Below, one piece after another: positions 1-13,848 of a stretch of 64,000 bases of DNA. The DNA is taken from the NCBI GenBank assembly GCA_030248215.1, contig JASANG010000957.1, positions 310,001 through 374,000 of the forward strand, read 5' to 3'. Position 1 is the first letter of the stretch; each line of letters opens with the position of its first letter. A program made the translations under genes and the position numbers. The DNA comes from Enoplolaimus lenunculus (taxonomy: Eukaryota). Under the pieces are notes generated by a model. That model was given only the letters and a program-made list of their open reading frames with translations, was not told the origin of the DNA and ran no database searches.

Positions 1-418
1 CGATAGTGTCCCTAAACCATAGTTAGAGTCCATAAATGTCAAAAAACCCTAATTGTAGCGCGTAAATAACTCCAGGACCAAATAATTTGAGTTCGAAACT
101 TTAAAGCGTACTTAAATTTTGAAAGTACATTCCTAAGTATAACCTTGTATTATCGCTCAGCTATTGACACAAGACAAACGTTTATTCAACGGATAATTGC
201 AGTACCGGATATATCAGTAACGAAGGGCGGCGGAGCGTGGGTTAAAAGTAAATAACAGTCTGTAACCGAATAACAAGCCGAGGTACCCTCTGGAGAAGCC
301 AAATAAAAATCAGTCCCCCCTCTTATTCGGGTCACTACAGTAACTATTCAGTCCCGTAGCCAGATCACCTCGATAGGTGCTAAATATTTTTCAGGAGGCG
401 CATACAAGGGGTTTTGAT

Positions 419-972
419 GAACGTTTTTCTGTGGGACTGCAATAGAGTAAAACTTAAGCTTTAGACTAACTTTTTGCTTGGCTTAGGTTTAGGCTTAGGC
501 TTAGGCTTACGCTTAGGCCTAGGATTATGCTCATTCATACGCTTAGGCTTATGCTTAGGCTTAGGCCTAGGATTATGCTCATTCATACGCTTAGGCTTAT
601 GCTTAGGCTTAGGCCTAGGATTATGCTCATTCATACGCTTAGGCTTATGCTTAGGCTTAGGCCTAGGATTATGCTCATTCATACGCTTAGGCTTATGCTT
701 AGGCTTAGGCCTAGGATTATGCTCATTCATACGCTTAGGCTTATGCTTACGCTTAGGCCTAGGATTATGCTCATTCATACGCTTAGGCTTATGCTTAGGC
801 TTAGGCCTAGGATTATGCTCATTCATACGCTTATGCTTAATAGGCTTAGGCTTAGGCTTAGGCTTAGGAATATGCTCATTCTTACGGTTACGCTTAGGCT
901 TAGGCTTAGGCTTAGGCTTACGCTTCGGAATATGCTTATAATACTGTTCCACCCCTGTTCTTTACATTGGCC
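419..972 (+). mobile_element. Telomere-repeat (TTAGGC)-bearing MITE with an internal 48-bp tandem expansion (~7 copies)
   Basis: Family core AACGTTTTTCTGTGGGACT...(TTAGGC)n...CTGTTCCACCCCTGTTCTTTACATTGGCC. The 48-nt unit explains the 16-aa periodic ORFs at 461-991. Confidence 0.8.
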
Positions 973-3603
973 ATGCAAAATCGTCTCATAATTTCCGTTT
1001 ATACTGGCAAACAGACACGAGACAAATTTATCATGGCTTATAGGCAATTAATCACCAGTTTAGTTCATCGTATCCGGTTATCTGTACTCTTTTATATTCG
1101 GTCGTTTCCAGAAAACGCAAGACAAAACAAACAAATTCGTAAGCCTTTCAGCTCGAGGAAACATTTGGATTCCTGGAAATCGCTTTATGTTTCGGCTCGA
1201 AATTTAATTCATTATGACAAACCAAATATTTCAGGCTTAGAGTAAAAAACTACAAGCATCCGTAACAGAATTTAGGGTCCATATTATCAAATGTGATTAG
1301 CACCAATCACCAGTTGGTGATAGGTTATGTAACTTTCGAAACTGTGGATGCCGAGGATCAAAATTCAGCACATTTTTCGCATACGATTTGAACTGGTCAT
1401 GTACCAATTTTGAGTTCAACAACTGCAACTGTTAGTGACTTTGAAAACCTAACTCATGATCGTTGCTGCCAATGTGAAGCATAGGAACGGAACAGTATTA
1501 TAAGACTATTCCTAAGCCTAAGCCTAAACCTAAGCCTAAGCGTAACAATATGGATATTCCTAGGCCCAAGCCTAAGCCTAAACAAAGCAAAAAAATTTAG
1601 TCAAAAGCTTAAGCTTACTCTATTGCAGTCCCGTAGAACAACGTTCCGCCGCTGATCTTTACATGGGCCATCGTTGCTATATACACATTTGAGAATATAG
1701 GCCAAGAAACTAGAAAAGCGTTTAAAATAGTGTTTTTGCTTTTATACACATTTCATTAGCATTTCGTTTTAGCATCACTCAAAATGTGGTGAGTGTATTC
1801 TAAAATATTGATGCAATATTGATCTGACACCGTAATACCATTGTTCGCAAACTTAAACCTAAAATTTCGATATATGCATGCCAACATTTCAAAACTCGGG
1901 CAATTGATCGACCCACACGTCGTCATCGGACATCTCATAAATCCGACAATTACTCGACCACGACTAGGCTTAGGCTTAACTTTGGTTATGCTCAAGCTTT
2001 GGCTTAGGCTTTTTAGCAGATGACTGTGGCGGATTCGAATTTGACTCAGTTTGTGTAGTCCCGTAAAGCCTATTTCGGAGACAGTCAATTTGTCACACCA
2101 TTTTTTGCAGTGTACATGCACAATTAAATCATATAAGTACTTCTTTGGCAAAGTGAGCCAAACGCTAGCCATACTATTTATTGTCCATTATACTCCCTTA
2201 TATAACTTCAATTTGCAGTGTGTGAGGGTATTGATGACGCAAATGCCACATGTTCAAACATTTGAGGGTCGAAACACAGAGTTCGAATCTACGAAGGAAA
2301 CTTTCCGAGCGAAGCGAGCGAGAAAACAGACGCAATTTTAGTGTTAAACTCAACGCAAATTTTTTAGTTTTACTAGGTTCTTGTGCGCAGTTAGAATTGC
2401 TAGATTCGCTCCAGGATCTGTGCTATCAGGGAGCAACCGGAGGTGAAGAATACCAGAGCCTGAGGTCACCGAAACTTGCCGGAGCCGGAGGTGACGCGAA
2501 ATTAGGTTGTTAAAAAATGATGGTTATAATTAGTTAATTTTAGCCAATATCTGCAATATGTTGAGTTGTTTGGTTTTTACGCTAATTTACTGCGAAATTT
2601 CGGAAATTCCTTCCTGAATATTGTTACAAAAATAAAACGAAAACGCGCTAAATACATAAATTTTACATTATATGCAAAATTTTACAACCGAAATTTCCGG
2701 AACCTGCAGCAAAAATTTTATCGGAGCCGGAGTCCGATTTTCAGCCGGAGCCGGAGGCCGACCTCCGGTTGAACCCTGATATATATTATATATATTATAT
2801 ATATAAATATATATATAAATATGTATAATATATGTATCTATATGTTATATGCAAAATGTACCACTCATGCGACTAGTACCTCGTTAGTTGTCAACAAAGG
2901 GTCTCCAACAGCGGTACTACGGCCACGCGAAACCAAATCCGGGCTCAAATTCACCGGTTTCTACATATCATCAAACACAAAATGCGCAAGGATATCTCGC
3001 ATATTGTGAAAGGCGTTTAATTAAAAATGTTTTCACCTTAAACGTACAACCGAAAAGAGATGAACAGAATTATATGGGTTCGCAACAACAACTTGAAGTG
3101 ACAGACACATGAAAGTGCAATTATTTCTTCGTATTACATACACGAACCGTCTGGCCTGGTCTGTAGAATTTGAAGCGGTTATCGGAAAGCAGTTATTGGC
3201 AGGTTTGATTGGAGCACTTCTTCTATGGCAACCAATCAGTTTCGTATCAAAAAGCTTAGGTGGGCGGAGCTCAAACATCGAAAAATGAGCCCATGTAAAA
3301 CATCACGGGTGAAACGTTTTTCTGTGGGACTAGAAAAGAGAAAGCTTTACGCTTTAGAGTAATTTTTTGCTTGGCTTAGGCCAAGGAATAAACTCATTCT
3401 GACGCTTAGGTTTAGCCTTAGGAATATGCTTGTAATACTGTTCCGCACCTGTTCTTAACATTGGCCGAAAAACGAAACTACCGGAACTTCCGGCAAAAAT
3501 TGTACCGGAAATTGAAGTTGATTTTCTGCATGAGTCGACATCCGGACTTAACATAATATATACTTCAATATATAATTTGTATATGCTGAATTCATGATAA
3601 CTA

Positions 3604-3940
3604 CTGTAGTGACCCGAATAAGAGGGGGTCCCCATTTTGAGTCCCAATCAATAGGAGTACGTATCCCTAATAAGAGTCCGTAAGCAGATAGAGTCCTAAA
3701 CTCTAATTAGAGCCCATAATAACATTTCAAAGTATAATCTTGCATTATCCCTTAAGCTTTAGACGTATGGCAGAAAACGTTTATTTCAACGGATAGTTGC
3801 AATACCGGATATACATCAGTAAGAATGGTAGCCGAGGGCTGGTTGAAAAATAAATAACAGTCCGTAACCGAATAACAAGGGGGGTTCCCTCTGGAGAGAC
3901 CAAATAAATATCAGTCCCCCTCTTATTCGGGTCACTGCAA
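3604..3940. mobile_element. TA-flanked MITE with CTGTAGTGACCCGAATAAGAGGGG terminal inverted repeats
   Basis: Ends are TA|CTGTAGTGACCCGAATAAGAGGGG and CCCCTCTTATTCGGGTCACTGCAA|TA. Homologous copies at 1-340, 28531-28976, 31761-32240 and about 49990-50288. Confidence 0.75.
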
Positions 3941-4398
3941 TATACGAACATTCTCAATGTCTCTCTAATCCGAACTGTTTTGAAAGCCTATCTCTGACTC
4001 TATTCCTATCGCCCCTGCGAAACTAAATAAACACAAATTTAATAAATCCAATAAACATAATGGGATATATACAAAAATACAACCAAATTGTAATATACCA
4101 AACAATACACCATTATGGTCCAATAATTCAAACTTGACTGAACTTTTTAAAATTGTTTTCAATTCTTTCAAAGTTTAAATTTAAGTACTCCAATCTGGTA
4201 CTCGCTTAGAACTTTTGTTTGCTATAACGTAGCTCATACTTGCTCGAATTTATATAAAGATTGGTATATGATGCGCAGTGGAGGGAGAATACTACTAAAC
4301 ATGAAACTGGGTGAACAGCGTATTTTATGCCGGATGGTACCTAAATTCACCAACCAATTGATATTTAACTTGCTAATGTTACAACGGTTAGTCACCTC

Positions 4399-4604
4399 GG
4401 CCAATGTAAAGAACGGGGGCGGAACAGTATTATAAGCATATTCCTAAGCCTGGCCTAAAGAATGAGCAAATTCCTAAGCCTAAGCCTAAGAATGAGTATA
4501 TTTCTAAGCCTAAGCCTAAGCCAAGCAAAAAATAGTCTAAAGCTTAAGCTTACTCTTTTCTAGTACCACAGAAAAACGTTCCGCCCTTGATCTTTACATG
4601 GGCC
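4399..4604 (-). mobile_element. TTAGGC-bearing MITE with GGCC-(C/A)ATGTAAAGA terminal inverted repeats (representative copy)
   Basis: Reads GGCCAATGTAAAGAACGGGGGCGGAAC...(GCCTAA)n...GTTCCGCCCTTGATCTTTACATGGGCC. Other copies at about 1468-1669, 3288-3466, 4973-5181, 13598-13775, 29057-29264, 31840-31965, 33866-34030, 34621-34819, 36026-36329, 38070-38254, 43814-44143, 44621-44822, 46850-47006, 47338-47524, 47845-48063, 49376-49479 and 53580-53791. Confidence 0.8.
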
Positions 4605-5563
4605 GTCGCCTCAAACTTATACATATTCTTTGCATATCACAATAACACAACAAATCAGAGTAACACAAAAATCATGACTGTTTCTTCAAACTTCAAAATG
4701 ATAACCTGATATCGTAGTCGCAAACACATTTTCTAAAGGACATTTGTACGCTTTTCCCTACGTTTAAGAATAAGCCGTAGGCCTTAGGTTACGGTAAACC
4801 TTTTGCTCAACCTAAGCTTAACCTCGTGGGGAGACAAGTGTACAAGAGCCTTGTATTTTATATATTAATGGTAACTAGTGAAATGAAACTCAATTAGTAC
4901 ACTTTATATAATATCACAGTTTATGATTTTAGAACCACAGTGGTATTTCTAAAATTATCACCTACAACACTTGAGCCAAGTAAAGATAAGAGACGTAACG
5001 TGTTTCTGTGAGACTACATTAGAGCAAGGTTAAGCTTTTTTAGACCAATTTTAGCCTTAAGCTTACGTATAACCTCATTCGTACGCTTTAGGCTTATGTA
5101 TAAACGCACTCTTACGCTTTAGGCTCACGCTTACGAATATGCTCATACTATGCTGTTATGATCTTATTCCATACATTGGCCAACATTTTTTCACCAGTTT
5201 AAGCAATCTTTGATTTTGAAACCACACACAAACAGAAAAATATCGTCACAAAACAATCTTATATAAACTATCGTACTAATCATTAACTGATTCTAAATCG
5301 AAATTATCCAAATTACATATTCTGTCGACAAATTGTGACGGGTGCTAGCTACGGTTATTTAAAATGCAAGCAACAAGCTGCTATTCTTCAACACAAGCAG
5401 TGGATGATAAAACTCTGATATCAATAAACCATTAACAATTTGACGGCTACGTCAATTACTTATAGATTTGTTTTGACGCTTAACTGTCTCAGCTAAATAA
5501 TAATAACGTCACATACATCGGAGCTACGGCCATCTTGGCCAATCGCTAGCTGCAGTTTTTGAG

Positions 5564-8500
5564 TTATCCCTTTGGAACACTATGCATAATTTGAATAATT
5601 TCCAGCATATTCAATGCCGCTGCAATTCGTGCATCATTCGGAGACGTTTCAGCGATGCCAAACGATTGCGTAGTTGGAGTTGTATTCAAACGAACCATAC
5701 ATTGAAATTTACCTAAAATAACCATAAACTACATTCAGCATAAAAAGTTTACATAAAATACAAAAATAAATTCTTAAAACATAAAACGTTTTGAATATTC
5801 AGAATTGCGTAAAACAACAATGCCATTCTGCGGCAATAGCAACATTTACAACCGGAAAAAGGTCAGTTTGAGCAAATTATACCAGCGATATATAGCGATA
5901 ATTAACACACAAATTCATGCAGTTCTCGTATACATAATACAGGCACATTACACACTTGTTTCCAGTATGCATATTATGTAACAACCATCATCTCCAAATC
6001 GCTAACCGTAAACCGAAAACCTTCATGAACTGTCTATAGTATAATCAGGCGCCTCAAAAGACAACAACCCAATCAATAATATCACTGCGCTCAGTTCAAA
6101 CCAACATCTCTACAAATATAAAGCGATTTTACAAAATTTAAAATTGAGCTCAATTCACTCGTGCAAGTGTGTTTGCAGCGAGAACTCGCAGCTGCTACTT
6201 TCACCTACAAACTTTGATCAAAAATTCCATACACCACATTCATCTGCAGGTTGCAGTTGCGACTTCTCGCTGTAAAAACTTGTCCGTGTGAATGTGGCTT
6301 TATACGCAAATATAAAACTAAATTTACGATCTGTGCTCATCTGCTTCAGCGGTTCAAAAACAACTGGCTCCCAGCCTCGTTCTTTTGCAATCCGTCGCAG
6401 CAGTGTCACATGCTTTTCATCACTTTGTTCGTCGATCAAATTTGTCATCGCCAACAAATCGTTTAGACCAGTCGAACATTCTTGCATTGTTGCGTGTTGC
6501 GATTTGACGCTGTCCAACTCGGACGGCGGAGGCAGTGATGAAAGTGTAGAAGCAGCGTCAGAAGACATCCCTTCAATATTTGTGTTGCCGTTGCCAGACG
6601 CAGATCGACGTTTACCGCTAGATTTTGATGACCTGTTCTCAATCGTACACAAACTTGGCGTTTCGTTTGTTAATGTCTAAAACACAAAAAAAGAAACCCA
6701 AGGCTTAATTTTTGTACTAAATCCCGTTGTTGGAGGCGCGACGTATTGAATTAACACCTATAGGTGCTGCACACATTTGAGCATAATATAGACTCTGAGC
6801 AATCGAATGTAATTAGACGATATGTCTAATTTTCTGACATTCCAAACACTTCACCCCTCACGCGCTCAAAACAAACTAAATTTTTTAAACTAAAAATATT
6901 TGCAGTACTGCGTCAGTGCTATATTTACTATCACGCTATAAAGTTAGCTAACTGTTTGTATTCTGGTACGACATTAAAAATGTTACTATATTGCGTAAAT
7001 AACTTACGTCATTCGCATTTCTGCTCATTGCCAGTAACCCTGAGTCTTTCGGTATTGCCGCCAGGAAAGCGATCATTTTTTCGGCTGCTATACGCTTGCC
7101 AATTTTCTTACTTTTTCCTTCTCCTACAACAAAAACTTTGTATACAAACTTCATTGCTAGTATGCGTACAAGTCTGCAACATGTATCATAATAAATATGT
7201 CGCCAAGTACCACTTTTAATAGCAAATTTTGAGGCAAAAATGGAAGGTTCGTTACGTTTTCTGATTGCAAACATAATATATGAAAAGTAACAACTGTCGG
7301 TTACCACGGCCAACTGAGAATATTTCCATACCGTATTATCATCTGCAAAGGTAAGCAACGCGCTTCATCAATTCATTACTTTTCTTTCATGACAATCACA
7401 CTTGAATTTGAACTACAAACGTAAGCTATAGTATGAACATAGCCGGTCGCCTACACGAATAGTGTAACTCACTGACAAACCAATAAAACACGACAGCACT
7501 CTGGGCGTTCACCTAGGCTGCTGTCGAAATAGAAGAAGGCATGGATGCGGGGCCTCAGTCCCATTAGGGAACCCACAGGTATCTGCTGGCAAATTTTCAG
7601 CTACAGTGAAATCCAGGATATTTTTTTAAATTTAGGCTTACCAATTTCAACGAACTTTCCCAGCTTCACTTTGACAATAAAATTGCGTTCGTGTGGCGGT
7701 CCTTCTTCGGCCAACGTTTCGTACACTGGATTCGGCCATCGGTTTTGTATACATTTTTCTTGTAGAGCTCCAATCGGATTCGGCCCTGAAAACAAAACGA
7801 CACGAGTTAAAACAAAACTACAATTAAGTTTACAATACGCTCTTGGGTACTTTCGTTTCCATCCGAGGTTACAAGAGTACGATGTTCGTAGTGTATACAG
7901 CCGGATGACACAAAATGCAAAAGGTCAAACCCTTGTTTTGACAAAAAGCCTTAGGTTTCAAATTCAATATTAATAGACACACGCAATATGCAAACCTTTG
8001 ATTGCAATTAATAATCTTTACGTGAATGCCACTTTACAACCGTGGCAAAATCTGCAGTTATGCAAGCAAATAGTCCGTTTGTCATTAGCAATGTTAACCA
8101 GTAGTAATAACCCTGTCGTGCACCGGGTCCACAGCAAAATTAATTAATACTAACTTAACCTGGTTTCCCAGCGGCCGGAATGTGAACTTGATCACCAGCT
8201 GAATTCGGACCAATTGGATAGACTATTCCATCATTTAACTCAGGCATCAGAGATTGTCTATAATTATTCAACAAACGCAAATCGCTAAAAGTATTATTTC
8301 AGTATCAAGTTTTATCTGCCCATAATGTTACAAAACATTCGTTACTTTGGTCACGTTTGATGAAAACATCTTTGAGTATTTGTTTCGAAAAAAAACAGCT
8401 AAAATTTATTTATAAGGCAAATTTTTGTCGACAGCATATTTTGCTTTAATACAGTTATGGACAGAATTACGGGCAATCGCGAATAGTTTCCGAACACGTG

Positions 8501-10825
8501 TCTGATCGCGATTGCTCGGTTCTTGAATGCAATCGTTCACAAACGTGAATTGAACTACACGCGATTACTGAGGCACATAGCCACAAATGTAGTCGACATT
8601 ACCGAGTAATAAACTTTAACCAATTTACCGCTGTTGCAACCGCGCTTCAAGCGCGATTGCAACCGTCTTTATACGCGGCTTCTCGTGAGCAAAGATATGT
8701 TCGAACGGTATTATACAACCGCGATCGCATATTCCCTACACGCAGTCTCGAATACTGCGCGCTTAAATAATTCTGTCCGAGACTGTAGGGTTAAAATCAC
8801 GTACAGATACACAGGTGCAGCCACAACTCTGTTGTAACCGTAGCGCTAATTGCAAATTTCTCGTTACTAAACGCAAAGGCTCGAAAACACAACTTGAAGT
8901 TAGCATTTTTCACTGTTCCCATTTAGAACGATCTTAATCGCGATTGCAGTTTTGTATTCGCACTACAAGCGCTTAATTATTGCGAGTGAACGTGGTAACC
9001 GTTCAGCTATTGAACATAATCACGTGTTAAGGCAACTACGTCGGTAGTTTAGCCACAGTCGACGCCCAAAAATCGCACGCAAACGCAGTAACGGCAATCA
9101 TGATAACTACTATCTATTTCTGTTCATGACTGTATCACTCAACATTAAAAATGCTGTGGCAGATACTTAAATATAGCTTTCTATTAGAGATGTTCCGGGC
9201 CAGGAAAATACACTAAACTTCAAATTTTATGTACCTTTGCGTATGCATGTATGTACCTGAGAGTACAGTACCGTTTTTATTATAATATCGCGTCACGCGA
9301 CATTTTGTTGATACTTCCATGGTGTGAAGTTAATGTAATATAATGCATTTGTTATTTGCCATATCGCGTCACGCGACATTTTGCCTATGGTAATGTAATC
9401 AACTCACTGTGCTGCGTTCGGATTCTGGCTAAATTGTGCCACGGGACACTGTTTTTCTGGTACCATCCATGATACCGTATTGCCCTTGCCCAGGCACCGG
9501 GGCCCGGCTCCGGGACATCTCTACTTCCTATTTATTTCTAACCCGAATTACTATTATATATTAATGAATTCTTCATTCCAAAATAACAATCTTAAAATAC
9601 ACACAAAATTCTTAAAAAATTTCTTGAAATACAAAAACAAACATTATTTACTATAGAGAAACTAAGTATTTCAAATTCCTACGTATAAAATATAGTTTAA
9701 AACAAAACTCTTACAAATAATTATAAGATTCTGTTGGTTCAATGCCTTGAATGATCCATTCGTTGGGTTGAATGCGAAACATTTTCTGTAAAATCGCTTT
9801 CGCAGCCATGTGTTTGGCTAACTTTTTACTTTTGCCAGCACCAGTCGCAGTAAACTCGAGCAATAAAATACGATAGATAAACGTCGGCTCGTGGATCTAA
9901 AATTATAATAAACAAAGAAACAGCAAATAAACAAACAAACAAAATAGACAAACAAACAAGCAAGCAAGCAAGCAAACAAACAAACTGCATTCTGCTTGCA
10001 AAATTTTACAAAAATGCTCTTACTTTAACTGTGTAATTACTAAACATTTTACGCAGCAACCATACAAATATTACTAAAACATAATATTATAATTCGCATG
10101 GTTATGAAGCAAAATGTCGACAAGGTTTTGTCGCAAACACAATTTGTGTGCAAATTGCATAATTTTGCAAACTGCATCAAACAATATAAATTTTCTCTTT
10201 TTCAAAATTCAACAAAATAGTTTGATTTTTTTGAAACTTTTAATTTTAGTTTAAGTATTGCGAATTGTAACAAAATATTATACCGACCACAGTTAGCTAA
10301 GCTGTTGTACTGCAACCTCCATAATATCTTGCGCACACCGGGTAACTTTTAACGGAAACTTGCCACTGAAGCACAAACTTAACGAAAAACAACTAAAAGA
10401 TGTCGTACCTGGCCCTCTGTAGTTAACAGCTCGTACTGCGGAACCAGTCCGCGTTTCGTTGCCAATTCTTGAAGCAGCGATATTGGAGTTTTGGACGCGA
10501 GCGCACGTGCTTCAGCCTCTGGATCTAATTCTTCGTCATCGTCGCCTGATATTGTCGGCTTTTGACCATCGTCATTCTCCAGCGAACACCTCTCAACTGT
10601 TCGACATTCGACTGATCCCAACGATACGCGATCACAGCTGCAATCCTTAGTAACATTCGAATTTGAGCACTCGCTTTTTACTCCATTGGACAAACCTTGA
10701 GTATCGGGATTCGTACAACTGTTCTCGTTTTGAGCAAAATCATCAGGCTGTCCACAATTCAAATCGTTCGACGGTGAACACGTACGCGTTTCGGTAACTG
10801 AAGACATTATGTGATTTGTACGCAT
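5564..10825 (-). CDS. tarbp2: Three-dsRBD protein of the TRBP/PACT/Loquacious family (Dicer/RISC-loading cofactor), paralogue A, ~484 aa, 7 exons
   Basis: Manually spliced GT-AG exons with consistent phases: 10825-10409, 9896-9715, 8257-8160, 7785-7642, 7123-7008, 6676-6328, 5712-5564 (1455 nt). dsRBD1: KTPISLLQELATKRGLVPQYELLTTEGQIHEPTFIYRI...GAGKSKKLAKHMAAKAIL. dsRBD2: NPIGALQEKCIQNRWPNPVYETLAEEGPPHERNFIVKVKLG...GEGKSKKIGKRIAAEKM. C-terminal type-B dsRBD: KHVTLLRRIAKERGW...KFQCMVRLNTTPTTQSFG...ARIAAALNMLEIIQIM. The start codon is uncertain (ATG at 10825 or 10807; an acceptor at 10839-10840 could be a cis- or trans-splice site). Confidence 0.9.
9185..9523. mobile_element. hAT-type MITE (TAGAGATG TIR) in an intron of dsRBD gene A
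   Basis: TAGAGATGTTCCGG...CCGGGACATCTCTA, flanked by CTTTCTAT / CTTCCTAT (7/8 match, 8-bp TSD). Confidence 0.7.
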
Positions 10826-11152
10826 ATACGCATTAAACCTAAAATAAACGATTACCACGGCACCAATTAAAAGCTTGGAATCGAAGTTTTAGGTTTTGAA
10901 AAAGTTAACTCCAACAACGTTCGAACCCGATTGTTTTTGTGTTTTTGGAACTGAGTTGAAACGGGCCGAATGATTTTGCCAAAAAAATTACCACTTCGGG
11001 GTTGTGGACTTGAATTTACGTTTCAATAAAATTCTTGTGCGATTGTTTCAAAAGTTACCTGTCTCTATTGCCTGCATAAGATCTGGCCTGCTATTCCTGT
11101 GTGGAAAGCGGCTACAGTTTTAATTTTACACCATACTTTTTATTTATACGAC

Positions 11153-11567
11153 CAGGGTGCAGCTGGAATTATAGAATACCGGAACCGGTAAGTAAAAAAA
11201 TACCGGAACCGGAATCGAAAACAAAAAATACTTTTTACCAAAAATTCATATTTAACGCTATTTTATCGCTTTTAATAGTGTAAACGCCCCATTTAGGATG
11301 CCAACATTCTGAATCAATGCAGTATCTGGAAACGTATGATAGAATATGGAGTATGGCACAAATTGAAAATTTTGGCAATACACGCTCATACAATTTTAGA
11401 AAAATAAGTTACAATAATATGCTAATTTTTCTTAAACTTTCGAATGAGAAAAAAATTTCAATACTGAAAATAACGGAGAAAAAATACCGCATTTATTTTA
11501 TTACCAGAACCGAATAGTGAAAAGTACCGGATTTCCGTATCGGAACCAGAATTCCGGTTGTACCCTG
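11153..11567. mobile_element. hAT-type MITE (CAGGGT.CA.C.GGAAT family)
   Basis: CAGGGTGCAGCTGGAATT...ATTCCGGTTGTACCCTG with CCGGA subterminal repeats. A related copy is at 2427-2778. Confidence 0.7.
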
Positions 11568-12194
11568 TAAAACGACCATCGTACTTGGACAATTAGAAAA
11601 CAGTACAGAATCTCACATAATCCCACCAATTTTATTTTTTTTTAATTGGGTTATTATTTGCTTAAAAATAATGACGCAATGGCTAACGACCAAAACGGGA
11701 AGTTACCGGTTGCAACTGAGACTAAACAAAAAATATCTTGAATCGAATGACCATATATACTAGAAAACATGGTGATAGCTAAAATCTACGTCTAGGCGTA
11801 ATGATAGAATTTATAATGCCTGCATCCAAACGTGTGCGAGATTTTATCTATTATTTTAACCAATAAATTTAACTATCAAACGATGCAACCAGAAATGTGC
11901 ATAAAAGTAGTACCCTAAATTAATATTTTTGGATGTCTTAATTGGCCGAATTTTAGCCACGCTTTGCTGATCATTGTTGAAATTACCAAATTCAGCGTTC
12001 ATTTTTATTGCCAAATTTTACTTCACTTTTAGTGCTGGCAAGATGCGCCAACCTCCGATTCCGGCAGTCTTGACTTCCGGTTGTACCACGCCAGATACAG
12101 ACCGAAGCCAGTGTGCCAGCTAAAGCTATGAATCTGAAAACGGGATCTAAGGTGGAACGAATATAGCCATCACCGAAATCGGTGCACAAATTAA

Positions 12195-12753
12195 CCCTTT
12201 CTCACATGAATATTTTCTATTTCCCCTGAGACCTACTTTTATGCTAGGATTCGAACTCCGGTGACTGGAGTGGGAGGCGTATACCATCACCACTCAGCTA
12301 TAGGAGCTTGACGCTCGAGCCCGAGGGGGATCTCACGTCTTGTGGTGATTTAGTACTATGTATACATGTTGCAAATGTTAAACACGGTGCGATATATAAT
12401 ATTTAACGTATATACACTGCGCTAAGTTGCCTGTAGGCAACTCAATGTGAGAAGGGGTTATAGATAGTAAACTGAAAATTTTTCGCTTAACCCTTTCTCA
12501 CATGAATATTTTCTATTTCCCCTGAGACCTACTTTTATGCTAGGATTCGAACTCCAGTGACTGGAGTGGGAGGCGTATACCATCACCACTCAGCTATAGG
12601 AGCTTGACGCTTGAGCCCGAGGGGGATCTCACGTCTTGTGGTGATTTAGTACTATGTATACGTGTTGCAATTTTTAAACACGGTGCGATATATAATATTT
12701 AAAGTATATACACTGCGCTAAGTTGCCTATAGGCAACTCAATGTGAGAAGGGG
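12195..12753. mobile_element. Two near-identical 263-bp piggyBac-like MITEs in tandem (12195-12457, 12491-12753)
   Basis: TTAA|CCCTTTCTCACAT...ATGTGAGAAGGGG|TTAA (TTAT after copy 1). Internal minus-strand tRNA-like A box (TAGCTGAGTGG) and B box (GTTCGAATCC). A shorter relative lies at about 37390-37548. Confidence 0.75.
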
Positions 12754-13848
12754 TTAATATAAACAATATGCCTTTTTACTGGTTTTCCCAAATATAACAT
12801 ACTGGAGCCTAAGGGCCATAAATAATTTGCTTGCCCGTGTTCCTCTCAGGAGCGTCCCGTTTACCCGCGGTACAGGAATACGCATGGAGTACAACATAAT
12901 CCTGCGACTATATTTTTCCTGAGTCGGTAGAGACAGCTTGGTTATTTTTCCAATTATTCCATAGTCCGTCAGGACTCGTTTCAGCTTAGGTTTTCTTGTG
13001 TCGGTCGGGACAGCTCAAACGCTTTAGGTATAGAATTAGCAGCTGTAAATTCTAAACTTCAGCCGACGGATGAATAATTTTCCTTCCGGTCTTCGAATAC
13101 TGACGCTGTCCGTGTAAACTCAGAACACGCGATTATATACCGAACAAAAGCGATATACTTATATGCATGCACGCGAAATTTTCTAAACATTTGGCAAAGT
13201 AAAAAATTACGAATTTTAGGCAGAAACTGAACAGCCTCGTCTAGGTCCAGCGTCTATGGCTCGTTTACTAAACACGCACGTTAGCGAAACAAACTCATCA
13301 GACCAAGTTTATTTTATTGCATTGTATAAAATATTGCAAACATAATTTCTATACATAAACAAACACGTACGCACTAAAACCAATTTACACCGAGTACTGA
13401 CTCTATACACTGCTTAAGTTGAATTTTTATTCCAATCAAATAAAAAGTTGCTGAAAACAGAAACAATCAAACCCAACGGTTCTTTGATTCAAGCCGATGA
13501 TATGACATCACCGTTAAAACTTCCACAATGAATTCACGCTCTCTGACAAGATCGAACGTCGTACCATTAAATACGCTGTAAAAACCATAGCATAAACGGC
13601 CCATGTATAGAACAGGGCCGGAACTGTAGTATAAGCATATTCCTTAGCCTACACCTAAGCGCATGATTAAGCTTATTCCTAAGCCCAAGCCTATGCAAAA
13701 AATTAGTCTAAAGCTTAAACTCACTCTATTACGGCCCCTCCGGAAAACGACCCGGTCCTGTTCTATACATGGGCCGCAGAAATAATCTGACAAAAAATAT
13801 CGACCCTCGTTGGTACGCTAGAATTGCGTGACCAGTATCTTTCAAATA

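Noticed and set aside
461..991. KP-rich, LG-rich and LR-rich ORFs; possible true telomere
   Set aside because: These are translations of degenerate TTAGGC repeats inside a MITE that is internal and flanked by ordinary sequence.
11986..12133. Upstream coding exon of dsRBD gene A
   Set aside because: It has a TTTTCAG acceptor and a possible donor, but stops in all frames before that donor. At most a UTR exon.
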